This document shows positions 1 to 11,082 of a DNA stretch of 63,861 bases, one piece after another. The position numbers were made by a program, and so were the translations under genes. Source of the DNA: Octopus bimaculoides. Lineage: Eukaryota. The DNA lies in contig NC_069003.1 in NCBI RefSeq assembly GCF_001194135.2, positions 30,944,614 to 31,008,474 on the forward strand. The letters are read 5' to 3'. The notes below the pieces were generated by a model. The model did not search any database, had not been told where the DNA came from, and saw only the letters and a program-made list of their open reading frames with translations. Each line of letters begins with the position of its first letter. Position 1 is the stretch's first letter.

Positions 1-57
<57 letters not shown>

Positions 58-418
58 GATATATATATGTATGTATATACATACACACACACATGCATGT
101 ATCAACCAATCTTACTCTCTTTCTTGCTCTAGCTGTCTATATATACATATGCATACACATGCATACATACCTATTTGTTCATGCATACATACAAACACAC
201 ATAAATATAATATTACATACATATGCTGTATGCAAATGGTTAACTACTGTTTTATTGGTACACACAAATACATATATACATACATATATATATATATATG
301 TACTTATATACATGTATGCATGTATGCATGTGTGTGTATATATATATATATATGTTTGTATGTATATATATATGTATGTATATATGCACATAAGTATATG
401 TAAATATGAATAAATGTA

Positions 419-452
<34 letters not shown>
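1..452. repeat. (TA)n / (TATG)n / (CA)n compound microsatellite
   Basis: Direct reading. Confidence 0.95.
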
Positions 453-456
<4 letters not shown>

Positions 457-809
457 TGCTCATAAAGACAGATTTATATCATATTTAAAGGAACACACAT
501 ATACAAACACATACACACCACACACTCAATTATATATGCACATATTCACATGTAGGTGCTTCAAAATCAATGCATAGATTACTGAAGAGAATATAAATAT
601 AGGAATATATTAATATATTGTATTCTAATGTTATCAAATACAGATGCCTGTGATATCTTTATTGAACATATCTTACATGTTTCTTTGTGTCTTAGCTTAT
701 AGTATTGTGCAAGAAAGTGCCAAGACAAGAGAGGTAGGAAGCCAGTAGAGACGAACAAAGATGAAAGAGGTATAAATGAAGAGTTAAGAGGAAGAACATA
801 AGAAAGAGA

Positions 810-846
810 TAGCTAGATAGATTGACAGATAGATAGATAGATAGAT

Positions 847-901
<55 letters not shown>

Positions 902-910
902 TATATATAT

Positions 911-959
<49 letters not shown>

Positions 960-1070
960 GTAGAGTAGAGTAGAGTAGATAGATAGATAGATAAATAGAT
1001 AGATAGATAGACAGGCAGACAGACAGATAGATAGAGAGTGAGACAGAGAGAGTGAGACAGAGGGAGTGAG
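810..1070. repeat. (GATA)n-(TA)n-(GATA)n-(GTAGA)n compound microsatellite
   Basis: Direct reading. Confidence 0.95.
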
Positions 1071-1393
1071 ACGGAAAAGGAACAGGAGAGTAAAGAAGAT
1101 TAGGAGGAAAAGCAGTAGTAGTAGTAGTAGTAGATGAAGAAGGTGGGGAAGACAAAAGAGCAGAAGTAGGAGGTTTGACGAAGTAATAGAATAAGGCAAA
1201 GAAGGAGAAAGAAGTGGAAGAAGAGGTGGAACACTGGAGAGAAAAAAAAAAAAGAAGAAAGTGAAGAAGAAATAGAAGAAAAAAGTCAAAGCATCAGCAA
1301 AGAGATTATAGGATGCTCAACTAATAAAATGCCTGAGTTTGAAATAAAGGAAGCAAGGACTTTTGGCAGCAAGAACAAAGTTGTTAGTTATAC

Positions 1394-1462
1394 CCGCAAT
1401 CTCTTCTTGGCATACTGTGGTATTTCGTGGGCAAGCCTTAAATCTTTTTCATCGAATGGATG
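1394..1462 (-). CDS. Candidate additional 69-nt exon (phase 0-0): HPFDEKDLRLAHEIPQYAKKRLR
   Basis: Pyrimidine-rich acceptor ttttcccttcatctaaag and donor CGG/gtataa; open and phase-compatible with the preceding exon. No recognisable homology to human otoferlin. Confidence 0.45.
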
Positions 1463-1511
1463 CTTTAGATGAAGGGAAAACACAGACAAGAAATAAAAGA
1501 AAAGAAAGAAA

Positions 1512-1555
<44 letters not shown>

Positions 1556-1780
1556 TGACCGGAAAGAAAACAGAATGACCGAAAGAATTAAAACACTGTT
1601 TAAACAAGATTTTCTCTTTAAGGAAAATTTATGGGTTTTTTTCCCCCATCACTTGAATAAAGACGATGCTTGTATAAAAGGAGGGAACACTTAACAGATA
1701 AATGTTGTATACATTGTTCTTATTAAATATATTAATATTAATTTCTAATTTTCTAATTTTCATGTAAATGACATAATTTA

Positions 1781-2190
1781 ATATAATTTGTATCTAAACT
1801 GCATCATTTTTCCTATGCCATATATGTACATTTACTTAGTGACTCGTCTATCGCTACTTTAATAAGTATAACAAATTTGATGTAGTTCTGATGAGGTCAT
1901 AATAAAGCTGGAACATGTTTAGGGTTGTCCTCAATATTTTCCAAGAAAATGAAAATAACTTTGTTCAATTAATTTGTATCCAAATGATACAATTTTTCCT
2001 ATGCTCTGTGTGTACATTTACTTAGTGGCTCTTCTATCACTACTTTAATAAGTACAAAAAACTTGATGCAATACTGATGAGGTCATAATAAAACTGAAAC
2101 ATTTAGGGTTGTCCGCAACATTTTCCAAGAAAGTGAACATGACATCATTCAATTAATTTGCCTCTAAACTGTATCATTTTCCCCATGCCA
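1781..2190 (+). repeat. About 2.2 copies of a 186-bp tandem unit, each with a decayed hammerhead core (Penelope pLTR / retrozyme-like)
   Basis: CTGATGAGGTCATAATAA recurs at 1888 and 2074; aatttg..aaa..tttt..atgc recurs near 1785, 1971 and 2155. Confidence 0.8.
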
Positions 2191-3634
2191 TCCTCCATGA
2201 TATGTACCTCTACTTGTCAGGAATGATAGTAGGACAGGCAGATGCGTCTTACTGAAGAAGGGATACATGGCTACACCTCACATTATATAAGAGCAGATGG
2301 GTATAGTTGGGAAAATAAAGATGCTGGTGAAGAATGTCAGGGCATACCCTCAAGGTACAAAAAGGTGAGTATAAGAGAGTATGAAAAGAGGATCAGTAAG
2401 GGTGGGTGTATAGGTTCATAGGAGTGTGAGAAAAAAGCGACAGAGGTTAAAGATGGTTTAGAGGTTAATGTAGTGAATCATATACAAGGGTGAAGGTACG
2501 GTTGATAGTAAATATCAGTGTGGAAGAGAAGGTAAAGGGAATAGCTTGGGAATGAGGAGGTGATAAGTGGCAGTACAGGTAGGGTGGACAGCAGCTGTTA
2601 GAACAGCAGTATTGTATTATATATGAGCATGATATGAAGACGATTATTGCATTGTCTACTTTGAAAAAGATGGGGGTGACAAAAATAATGATAACGGAAT
2701 CTTCCATTGTAGAGGATGTACAAGCATTCAGATTTTGTGGAATGATCTACACAAATGCCTTGTTTATAGTGATCAAATTGACATCAAATTGACATTGCTT
2801 ATACAGAAATGGTGATATAAAAAGTTTATAACAGGTTCTAATTTAAATACTTAGAGTTGTAGAATAATATAGTAGATAGAAGAGTGATGGAGGAATGGGT
2901 GATAGGGAGACATATTGTGTTGAAAAACATAATATACTTCAGAGCTAGACGAAACAAAGTGGCCCTGGAAGTGACTGTGAGAGCAACGAGTGCACATTTC
3001 ATTACTTTTGTAGCTTGTCAATGTTACACACTGAAACAGGATCAAATCAGTCAGTTTGAAGTATATAGAGACAATGTATAAACTATACACTGATTTGCAA
3101 AGACACCACAAGGGCTGAATGAAATTCAAATAATGACTACAAGCAGCCCTATAATAAAACTGTTACCTATAAAATATACCTAATGTATATATGTTACTGC
3201 AAAATCAGAGGCTGCTGTTTTCATCTGGGTAGAACAATCACTTTATATGCATACTGTGTTAAGAAAAACTATATGAACAATATACTTCAAAGCTAGACTA
3301 GATGTATATATTATGTAAGCATTATGTGTATATATATGGTGTATCTATGGTGTGTGCATTATATGTATTGGACATGTGTTAACATAATAGGTAATCTAAG
3401 AGATATCTTTGACAATATATAAAGCTAATTCACTTATTATTGTAATTATATTATTTTCCCAAATTATTTACTTAGAGAATTACTGAAAAAGCAAATTTGT
3501 TCAGCATCACATGATTACTGCCTAAATTTAATTAGCCAATAATTTTTTTAAAAAAATAAATAAAATAAAAATAAATAAAATTTAAAAAATGAATGAAATA
3601 AAAGTAAAAATAAAAAATTAATCACTCTATTACA

Positions 3635-3690
<56 letters not shown>

Positions 3691-3789
3691 AACAATTATT
3701 ATTACTATTATCATTATTATTACTACCATTATCATCATTATCATTATTATCGTCATTAATATTATTTTCATTATTATTANNNNNNNNNN

Positions 3790-3826
<37 letters not shown>

Positions 3827-3997
3827 ATATTTGAAATTTTTTTTTGCATCTCATTTGCAACATCTCATTCAAAAAAACTTCCAATTCCAACAAAAGAAAC
3901 AAAATGAGAAAGAAAGAAAAAAAAAAAATTTTTCTCGTGCTTAATTTTTAAACATCAGTATAAAAATAATACAATTTGACGGAGTTATGATGCTCAC

Positions 3998-4159
3998 CTG
4001 TAAGAGTTCAAATGCAGCCAGTAATTCTCCAGCATGGTCAGATCCACGGTATATGTCCCACCATTCAAGTTTTGGAGGAAATTTTGGTTTACAGTATTTC
4101 TCATTGTACATTTTCACAACAGGTTTTGCAATAGCTCGACCAATAAATTCGGCTTTTCC
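3998..4159 (-). CDS. OTOF: Otoferlin-like exon (162 nt, phase 0-0), end of C2D: [13 protein letters not shown]...[12 protein letters not shown]
   Basis: attacccacag acceptor, gtgagc donor; [12 protein letters not shown] ferlin motif. Confidence 0.97.
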
Positions 4160-4210
4160 CTGTGGGTAATACACATAATAGAACAATATTTACTCATGAC
4201 ATAACTATCA

Positions 4211-4268
<58 letters not shown>

Positions 4269-5439
4269 CATTATTATTAGCAGTAGTAATAGTAGAGAGA
4301 AGGAGAAACAGAATAGTTTAGCAGTATGAAATACAAAAAACAGAGTGGAAAAGAGAAATATAATAAAATACAAATCTAAGTCATGAATATATGCATGTGT
4401 GTAGATCGATAGTAACATTTTCCTTTTATGGCAAAATATGCACCTAATTCATTAAAATTATGACAGTTACTCTAATTATTATGCATAAAATGCAAAATAT
4501 ATATTTTTTTTTGTAGATTAGGTAGGCATAATTCATCCCTGCTTTTCAATCTCAGTATTAAAGCTATGCATAGTACTGCTGTAGTACACATGCTGTGTAC
4601 ATTCCAACACACCATTTTCTTTAAGTGCTATAAAGGCAGAAATAAATCTGCCTTCAACTCAGTCACAAGCCTGTGTTTCGCTTATTTTTTGTGTGTTTTC
4701 CTACATAAATGTCACCAACTGCCTACTCTGAGTAATTACTGACAACACATGCCTGATTTATATATATACAACGGGCTTCTTTCAGTTTCCATCTTCCAAA
4801 TCCATCTACAAGTCTTTGGTTGGTCCAGGGCTATAGTAGAAGATATTTGCCCAAGGTGCCACAGAGTGGGACTGAACTTGGAACCATGTAGTTGAGAAGC
4901 AAGCTTCTTACTTACACAGCCACACCTTGTGTTTGTTTATCCAATTAGGTTTATCTGATATGTTTAATTAATAAGCTTCTTGTATTTTTAAAACAACACA
5001 ATGTGGGGAAGCAATTTTTATTCGTGTTTACTTTTGAAAAAAAAAAAACCTACAACAAACCAGCAACAAAATAATACTTATCACAGCTTTGCCGCTAAAT
5101 GTTGCAGCCATTTGATCAAAGCAACCGATAACTGGTGTAAATGATATGATAACATTTAATGATGAGAAGCTAGAGATGAAAGGAAAGAAAGTCATGTTCA
5201 AGAAGAAGGGAGATGTTTATTTGGCTGCTGATTAAAATGTTTCAACAACCAACAATCTTCTTTTCATTGTCTGTGTATCTAGTTTGAAGCTGTCGTAGAC
5301 TTATGTTTGAGATTCTTTATACATCTTCCTGTTGTGATTTGTTACAGTAAACAGATTTCATCTTTGCTCCCAGCTTAATTTTATTTGTTGTCAGTATGGG
5401 TTTCCATACAGATCCCATTGGTGCTGGTACCATACAGAT

Positions 5440-5653
5440 TCCATACAGATCTATTGGTGCTGGTACTATGTAAAAAGCGCCTGTGCTGGTGCCACATAAA
5501 AAGTGTCTGCTGCTGCTGTTGCCACGCAAAATGCACCTGTGTTGGTACCGCATAGAAAACATTTGTGCTGGTGCCACATAAAAAGCAGCTGTGTGGATGC
5601 CACACAAAAAAGCACTTGTGCCAGTGCCACGTAATAAGCACCTGTGCTAGTGC

Positions 5654-5655
<2 letters not shown>
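5440..5655 (+). repeat. About 28-bp minisatellite (tgtgctggtgccacataaaaagca), as found inside family B
   Basis: About seven imperfect units of gcacctgtgctggtgccacataaaaa. Confidence 0.7.
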
Positions 5656-5697
<42 letters not shown>

Positions 5698-5756
5698 TGC
5701 CTCTTCTTTCATATATGTGTGTGTGTATGTATGTGCATGTCTATGTGTTTGTGCCT

Positions 5757-5950
5757 CTCCCTACAACCACTCGACAACCAGTGTTGGTTTGTTTGCATCC
5801 CGATAACTTGTTGGTTCAGCAAAAGAAACCAATATAATAAGACCTGACTTAGAATAAGTACTGGTGTCAATTTGTTTGATTAAACCTTTGAAGGCAGTAC
5901 CCCAGCATGGCCACAGTCTAACAGCTGAAACACACAAAAGATAAAAGATA
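5757..5950 (+). mobile_element. SINE family A 3' half
   Basis: gacaaccagtgttggt...ccagcatggccacagtc...gaaac tail. Confidence 0.8.
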
Positions 5951-5999
5951 TTCACCACAAGCACACATGACAGGAAGAATACAACTGCATTGCACTTAC

Positions 6000-6259
6000 T
6001 ACTTTGTCCTGGTCAAATATTTCAATGACAATAGCAGGAGGATCTTCCGAAATCTGGTCCATTTGTCCGTACATAGCAAGTTCATTAATGATCAACAATT
6101 CGTCCCATGTAGGGCTAAGAGTTTCCTCTATGACTTGTGTCATCACACATTGGTCACCAAATATCACACGTGCAAATGGGTCTGAGAGGCCAGTGGCGTC
6201 AGAAGCAATCAAACTTCGAGCTTGATACATGTGAGAGCGAAGCTGGAATATTTGCTTTT
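6000..6259 (-). CDS. OTOF: Otoferlin-like exon (260 nt, phase 1-0), C2D: (E)KQIFQLRSHMYQARSLIASDATGLSDPFARV...IEIFDQDKV
   Basis: ttttatgacag acceptor, gtaagt donor; canonical C2 calcium loops DxxGLSDP and DQD. Confidence 0.97.
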
Positions 6260-6339
6260 CTGTCATAAAAAATTAGAAAAAAAAACAATTATATGATGAT
6301 GACGACGACGATGATGATGGCAATATATATATATAAATA

Positions 6340-6472
6340 TGTGTAGAAAGCTGAAAAGGAACACATGAGTTGATATATAAGGAAAAAAATTAAGGTAGAA
6401 AATGCTAAAATAATTTTATAAAAATCATTTCAGTACCGGTTTCAGTCAATGAGACTTTTTCAACTGTAAGTG

Positions 6473-6528
<56 letters not shown>

Positions 6529-6760
6529 CATATTAAGAGTAAGAATTATTTAAAATAATAATTCTTACCAGTGGCCAGCATGCATAAAAAAAGTTGTCCG
6601 TAGACTGGTCTTTTAAATTTTTTCCATATTGTCTTGCCTGCTTACATCCGACGTGCTATGTATGAAAATGTATTTCTCGTAGTTTGAAGATCTGACATCT
6701 TCTTTCAGCAAGCAAAGAAGCCACTTAGTGTATAATTGCCTATGGTTATACACACTTATA
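6340..6760 (-). mobile_element. Probable Penelope-like element terminal-repeat remnant, split by a (TA)n tract
   Basis: Contains the hammerhead motif above, a Penelope hallmark. Boundaries approximate; no ORF seen. Confidence 0.4.
6431..6466 (-). ncRNA. Minimal type I hammerhead ribozyme-like motif (Penelope-type), U3:A8 variant
   Basis: Minus strand reads CAG-TTGAAAA-AGTC-TCATT-GACT-GAAA-C-CG-G-TA/CTG: 3-bp stem I, 4-bp stem II, GAAA, palindromic CCGG stem III, GUA cleavage triplet. Confidence 0.65.
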
Positions 6761-7434
6761 TATATATATATATATACATGTATATATCGCTGCCAAGTTA
6801 AGTAAATTTGCAGTCATCCAAGCTAAGTAAAATCGCTGTTATCTGTATATATGAGCTTGACCTTTACAGGTGCCAGTGCCACATAAAATGCACCTGTGCC
6901 GGTGGCACAGGAAGACCACTCAGTACACTCTGTAAAGTGGTTGGCATTAGGAAGGGTATCCAACTATAGAAACCATGCCACAACAGACAACTGGAGTCTG
7001 GACAGATCCTTTTGGGGTCGATAAATTAAGTACCAGTTGTGTACTGGAGTCAATCTGATTGACTGGCCCTCTCCCCCAAAATTTCAGGCCTTGTGCTTAT
7101 AATAGAAAGGTATATATGAACTCTGAAAATACAAGAACATGAACAAATCTTATTTTCTCATTTGATCCAATTTTCTTCCATTTTCGCATTCCTATCAACC
7201 CCCACAATGGTTATGCAAAAAAACATCAAAAAAAAATGAAAAGAAAGAAAAGGAGAACTAGAAGGGCAGAGAAGTCAGCTGACAACACCTTTTCTCCAAA
7301 GATTTCCCGAAGAAGGAATCTGAAGCCTGAAATATTGAAATACCAAGTAAAACCATCAAACTTGCAATGTTTTGGGACCTTGGAAATTTTTTTTAAAAAG
7401 TTGATGATATTTGAAAAAATAGAAATATAATAAC

Positions 7435-7627
7435 CTTTGTAGATCAAAGATAATGGTGGCATCGAGTTCATTCGGTTCGCTTGTTTGATGACCTTGGTTT
7501 CTTCATAACCCTTTGGTAAGCCATTTAAAAAGTCCTTTTTGTGCTTTGAAAGTCCCAACCACAGATAGATCTGAAGTTTTGCCTGTATAGACCATCCAGC
7601 TTGACCACTCGCTTTTTTGCCTGGTAA
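7435..7627 (-). CDS. OTOF: Otoferlin-like exon (193 nt, phase 0-1): LPGKKASGQAGWSIQAKLQIYLWLGLSK...MPPLSLIYK
   Basis: tttttatttag acceptor; donor AAG/gttatt is weak but is the only one that restores frame with the next exon. FerB leads to C2D with no DysF domain, which marks a type II ferlin. Confidence 0.93.
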
Positions 7628-7982
7628 CTAAATAAAAAAAATAAACACAGAAGTGAATGATATAGCGAATTTCTCTTCAAAGAGAAATTGATAGTAATCA
7701 CTATTTAAATCAGATACAAACTAGAAACTAGATGAAATGATCAGACGTATTTGCATGTCATGCATTAATCAGTGACATGTTGATCAAGTATTTGGTGTAC
7801 ACACGTGTACTTAAAAAATTATAGGACAAAATTTATGTAATTAGTCCACAGTTTATATTAATAAAAAAAAAAACAATTATGTTTTTTATTCATAATTGGT
7901 GGATTCATGGGATGAGATTATCATGCAACCCTTAAGTCATTCTGTACCTTCTGCTAATGATTAATAAAAAGTATATATATAT

Positions 7983-8150
7983 TCTTTTTATTCTTTTACT
8001 TGTTTCAGGTCATTTGATAGTGGCCATGCTGGAGCACTGCCTTGAAGGGTTTTAGTCAAACAAATCAAACCCAGAACTTATTTCTCAAGCCTAGAACCTA
8101 TTCCATCCATCTTTTTTGCCGAACTGCTAAGTTACGAAGATGTAAGAACA
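7983..8150 (-). mobile_element. SINE family A 3' half, inverted relative to 5757-5950
   Basis: ttcttttacttgtttcag...gtggccatgctggagcac. Confidence 0.8.
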
Positions 8151-8202
8151 TACACATACACACACACACACACACAAATAAAGTTGACACTGGTAAACTT
8201 AC

Positions 8203-8355
8203 CCTTAAAAATAACGTGTGCATTTTGCCACAGTCTTTCCCTTTTTCTTCGTCAACTATAGAATAAATGATGGCTTCTGCAGGAATGCGTTGATAGGCTA
8301 CTCTTTTGCTACCACTGATCATCCAGATGAACACATCAGGCAAGGCATGTTGAGG
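8203..8355 (-). CDS. OTOF: Otoferlin-like exon (153 nt, phase 0-0), FerB: PQHALPDVFIWMISGSKRVAYQRIP...GKDCGKMHTLFLR
   Basis: aattttccag acceptor, gtaagt donor; FerB signature PQHxxPDxFIWM. Confidence 0.97.
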
Positions 8356-8382
8356 CTGGAAAATTTAAGAGAGAAAACATGA

Positions 8383-8441
<59 letters not shown>

Positions 8442-8471
8442 TGATGATAATAATAACAATAATAATAAATT

Positions 8472-8689
8472 AGTCCTTTCTACTAAGGGCGCAAGGCCTG
8501 AAATTAGGTGGGAGGGGTCGAGTCGAATACATTGACCCCAGTGCATTACTGGCACTTATTTCATCATCCCTGGAAGGGATGAAAGGCAAAGTTAACCTCG
8601 GGAGAATTTGAACCCAGAACGTAAAAACGGATGAAATGCCACTGAGCATTTTGCCTGGTGAGCTAACGGTTCTGCCAGCTCACTGCCTC

Positions 8690-8690
<1 letters not shown>
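8472..8690 (-). mobile_element. tRNA-derived SINE with Nin/Deu-like domain (family N)
   Basis: Minus strand: gagctggcagaaccgttagc head, ggttcaaattc B-box, ctttgcctttcatcccttcc...aataagtgccag core, (TTA)n tail. Other copies near 7010 (+), 14545, 20353, 21055 and 42545. Confidence 0.8.
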
Positions 8691-8720
<30 letters not shown>

Positions 8721-9029
8721 GCAAAAAACAGAAGAGTGCCATAGTCATCAAGTGAATGATATTTCGACATCTCGTGTGTCTTCCACAGTTTCAAAAAATA
8801 AACATGCCAATCTACTTCATTTTGGTTAGATGTTGAAGTGATCACAGAAGTATGTGAGATGAAGTGCTTTGCTCAAGAACACAATTCACCACCCAGTCTG
8901 AGAATCAAACCTGCAATCATCTGATCACGAGGGCAACACACTAACCACTAAGCCATACACCCTCACAACATCTGCAAACAATAGTAACAATAATAAAAAA
9001 TAACAAAAAAAAAAAGGAAAACTGCTCAC

Positions 9030-9146
9030 CTCTTCAACTAACTTTTGTAACTTCTGTAAATACATTGTTGTTGATCGTAATTTTTCCTTCATATTTCCTT
9101 TGGTCACAGTTGCTTTTATAGTCCGGGCCATCGTAGACATTTGGTC
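9030..9146 (-). CDS. OTOF: Otoferlin-like exon (117 nt, phase 0-0), FerA: DQMSTMARTIKATVTKGNMKEKLRSTTMYLQKLQKLVEE
   Basis: ttttctacag acceptor, gtgagc donor; ends with LQKL..L.EE just before PQH, as in otoferlin. Confidence 0.93.
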
Positions 9147-9471
9147 CTGTAGAAAAGAAATTGATAGCATTTGCTTTGTTAAGATCTTATCTTTCTATGA
9201 AATACATTCCTTCTACACTTTCTAATAACAGTGAAATTTAGAATGGTGGGTTAGACTTGGGGGACAAACACAGACACACAAATACACACACATGTATATA
9301 TATATATGTTTTGCCTATGTGAGTTGCGGGTAACTGCTATCTGTTGGAGTTTCAGCATTTTTAGCTGCTATTTCTGAACTTCGGTATGTGGTGAAGCAAC
9401 CTGTTGCTGATCCCTTAATTTTGTTTATATATANNNNNNNNNNNNNNNNNNNNNNNNNNNNNNNNNNNNNN

Positions 9472-9505
<34 letters not shown>

Positions 9506-9507
<2 letters not shown>

Positions 9508-9650
9508 GACAGGCTTCTTTCAGTTTCCGTCTACCAAATCCACTCTCAAGGCTTTGGTCAGCCCGAGGGTATAGCAGGAGACACTTACCCAAGGTGCCAC
9601 ACAGTGGGACTGAACCTGGAACCATGTGGCTGGGAAGCAAGCTTCTTAAG
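9506..9650 (-). mobile_element. SINE family A 5' half
   Basis: ggcttctttcagtttccgtctaccaaatccactc...gtgggactgaacc. Similar partial copies lie near 4770, 18540, 19175, 22430, 24670, 25345, 43615, 47715, 49500, 52040 and 62585. Confidence 0.85.
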
Positions 9651-10043
9651 CTACTAAATAAAGCAGTCAGCTCTCTCGAATTCCCCGCTATCGTTTTGCA
9701 AAAGGGGAAGAGACTTTGTATAATATAATCCTAGATATTCTATGACTGAATAAAAACAAAAAAAATGGCTTCAGTAGACAGAAAGCTGGACTCAACCTTG
9801 CTGTGTGTGTATGTGCATGTGTATGTGTGTATGCCTGTATAGGTGTATGCGTGCGTGCACATGTTTGTCTATGTCGGAGTTCATATTAATCAGATTTGAA
9901 ACCAGGTGGAATGATTTTGATCGCTGGTCTGCTTGATCAAGCTAAAACAACAACAACAACGACAACAACAAAAACACACAGCAACAACCAAACGAAGAAG
10001 TCTCTAACAAAAACTAGGAATTCTAACTATATTCACTTACGTC

Positions 10044-10054
10044 CTTGCTACTGT

Positions 10055-10098
<44 letters not shown>

Positions 10099-10227
10099 TT
10101 ACTACTATTATTATTATTATTATCATTATCATCACCATTATCATCGTCATTGTTGTCATTGTTATTTATATTATTATTATTATTATTATTATCATCATCA
10201 TCATCATTATTATTATTATTATTATTA

Positions 10228-10285
<58 letters not shown>

Positions 10286-10630
10286 CATCACTATCATCAT
10301 TGTTGTTGTTATTTATATTATTATCATTATTATTATTTTTATTATTATTATCATTATTATTATTTTTATTATTATCATTGTTGTTGTTATTATTATTATT
10401 ATCATTATTATTATCATCACCATCATCATCATAACTGTTGTTGTTATTTATATTATTATCATTATTATTATTATCAGTATTATTATCATCATTATTATTA
10501 TTTTTATTAATATCATTGTTGCTGTTGTTATTATTATTATTATTCGTATTATCATCATCATTATTTTATTTTTATTAATATCATTGTTGTTGTTGTTATT
10601 ATTATTATTATCATTATTATTGTTATTATT
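10044..10630. repeat. Compound trinucleotide tract (TAC/TAT/CAT/TGT)n
   Basis: Direct reading; source of the poly-Y and poly-L ORFs in the track. Confidence 0.95.
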
Positions 10631-10767
10631 GATTGTCTCCCTGTCTGCCACTGTTTCCACCAAGTCAAGCTTGACTGAATGAACCCGTGATCAAAGGCAT
10701 TCCGACCAAAAACCAGGTCTCCAAGACATGTCTCATTCTTTGATTGCACTGTAATGGTCTTACTTAC

Positions 10768-10965
10768 TATTTCCCTGACCAAAAGCTTGTATCGTTCTTT
10801 GTCCAGTTTGGTCTTACTAAACGACCCTCCACTCCCAGAGCTTTTCACCAATGTAATATATTTGGAGCAGCCAAGACCTAATTCTTCCAATACACCTCGT
10901 AATCGTCTCTCTGGGAACGGTAGTTCTTGATTAATTAAATCTTGTACTTCGTTGATACCATTCTC
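10768..10965 (-). CDS. OTOF: Otoferlin-like exon (198 nt, phase 0-0), FerA: ENGINEVQDL...FPERRLRGVLEELG...KLLVREI
   Basis: aatattcag acceptor, gtaagt donor; PERRLRGVLEEL matches the otoferlin motif exactly. Confidence 0.96.
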
Positions 10966-11082
10966 CTGAATATTGAAGAACAAGAAGAAGAGGAAAAGGA
11001 AACAAAAAGACAATTAGAAAAAGATTAATGAGGGTAAAAATATATTTTGTTGTGTATCAGTCGGGTTGTTATGCCAATAAGT

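Noticed and set aside
2200-2760. Purine-skewed segment suggestive of a retro-element remnant
   Set aside because: No diagnostic RT or GIY-YIG motif could be read; class unassignable by eye.
9896-10663. Poly-Tyr/His/Leu/Ile ORFs; similar ones at 12284-12781, 45471-46354 and 58454-58958
   Set aside because: Translations of tri- and tetranucleotide microsatellites with no splice or homology support.
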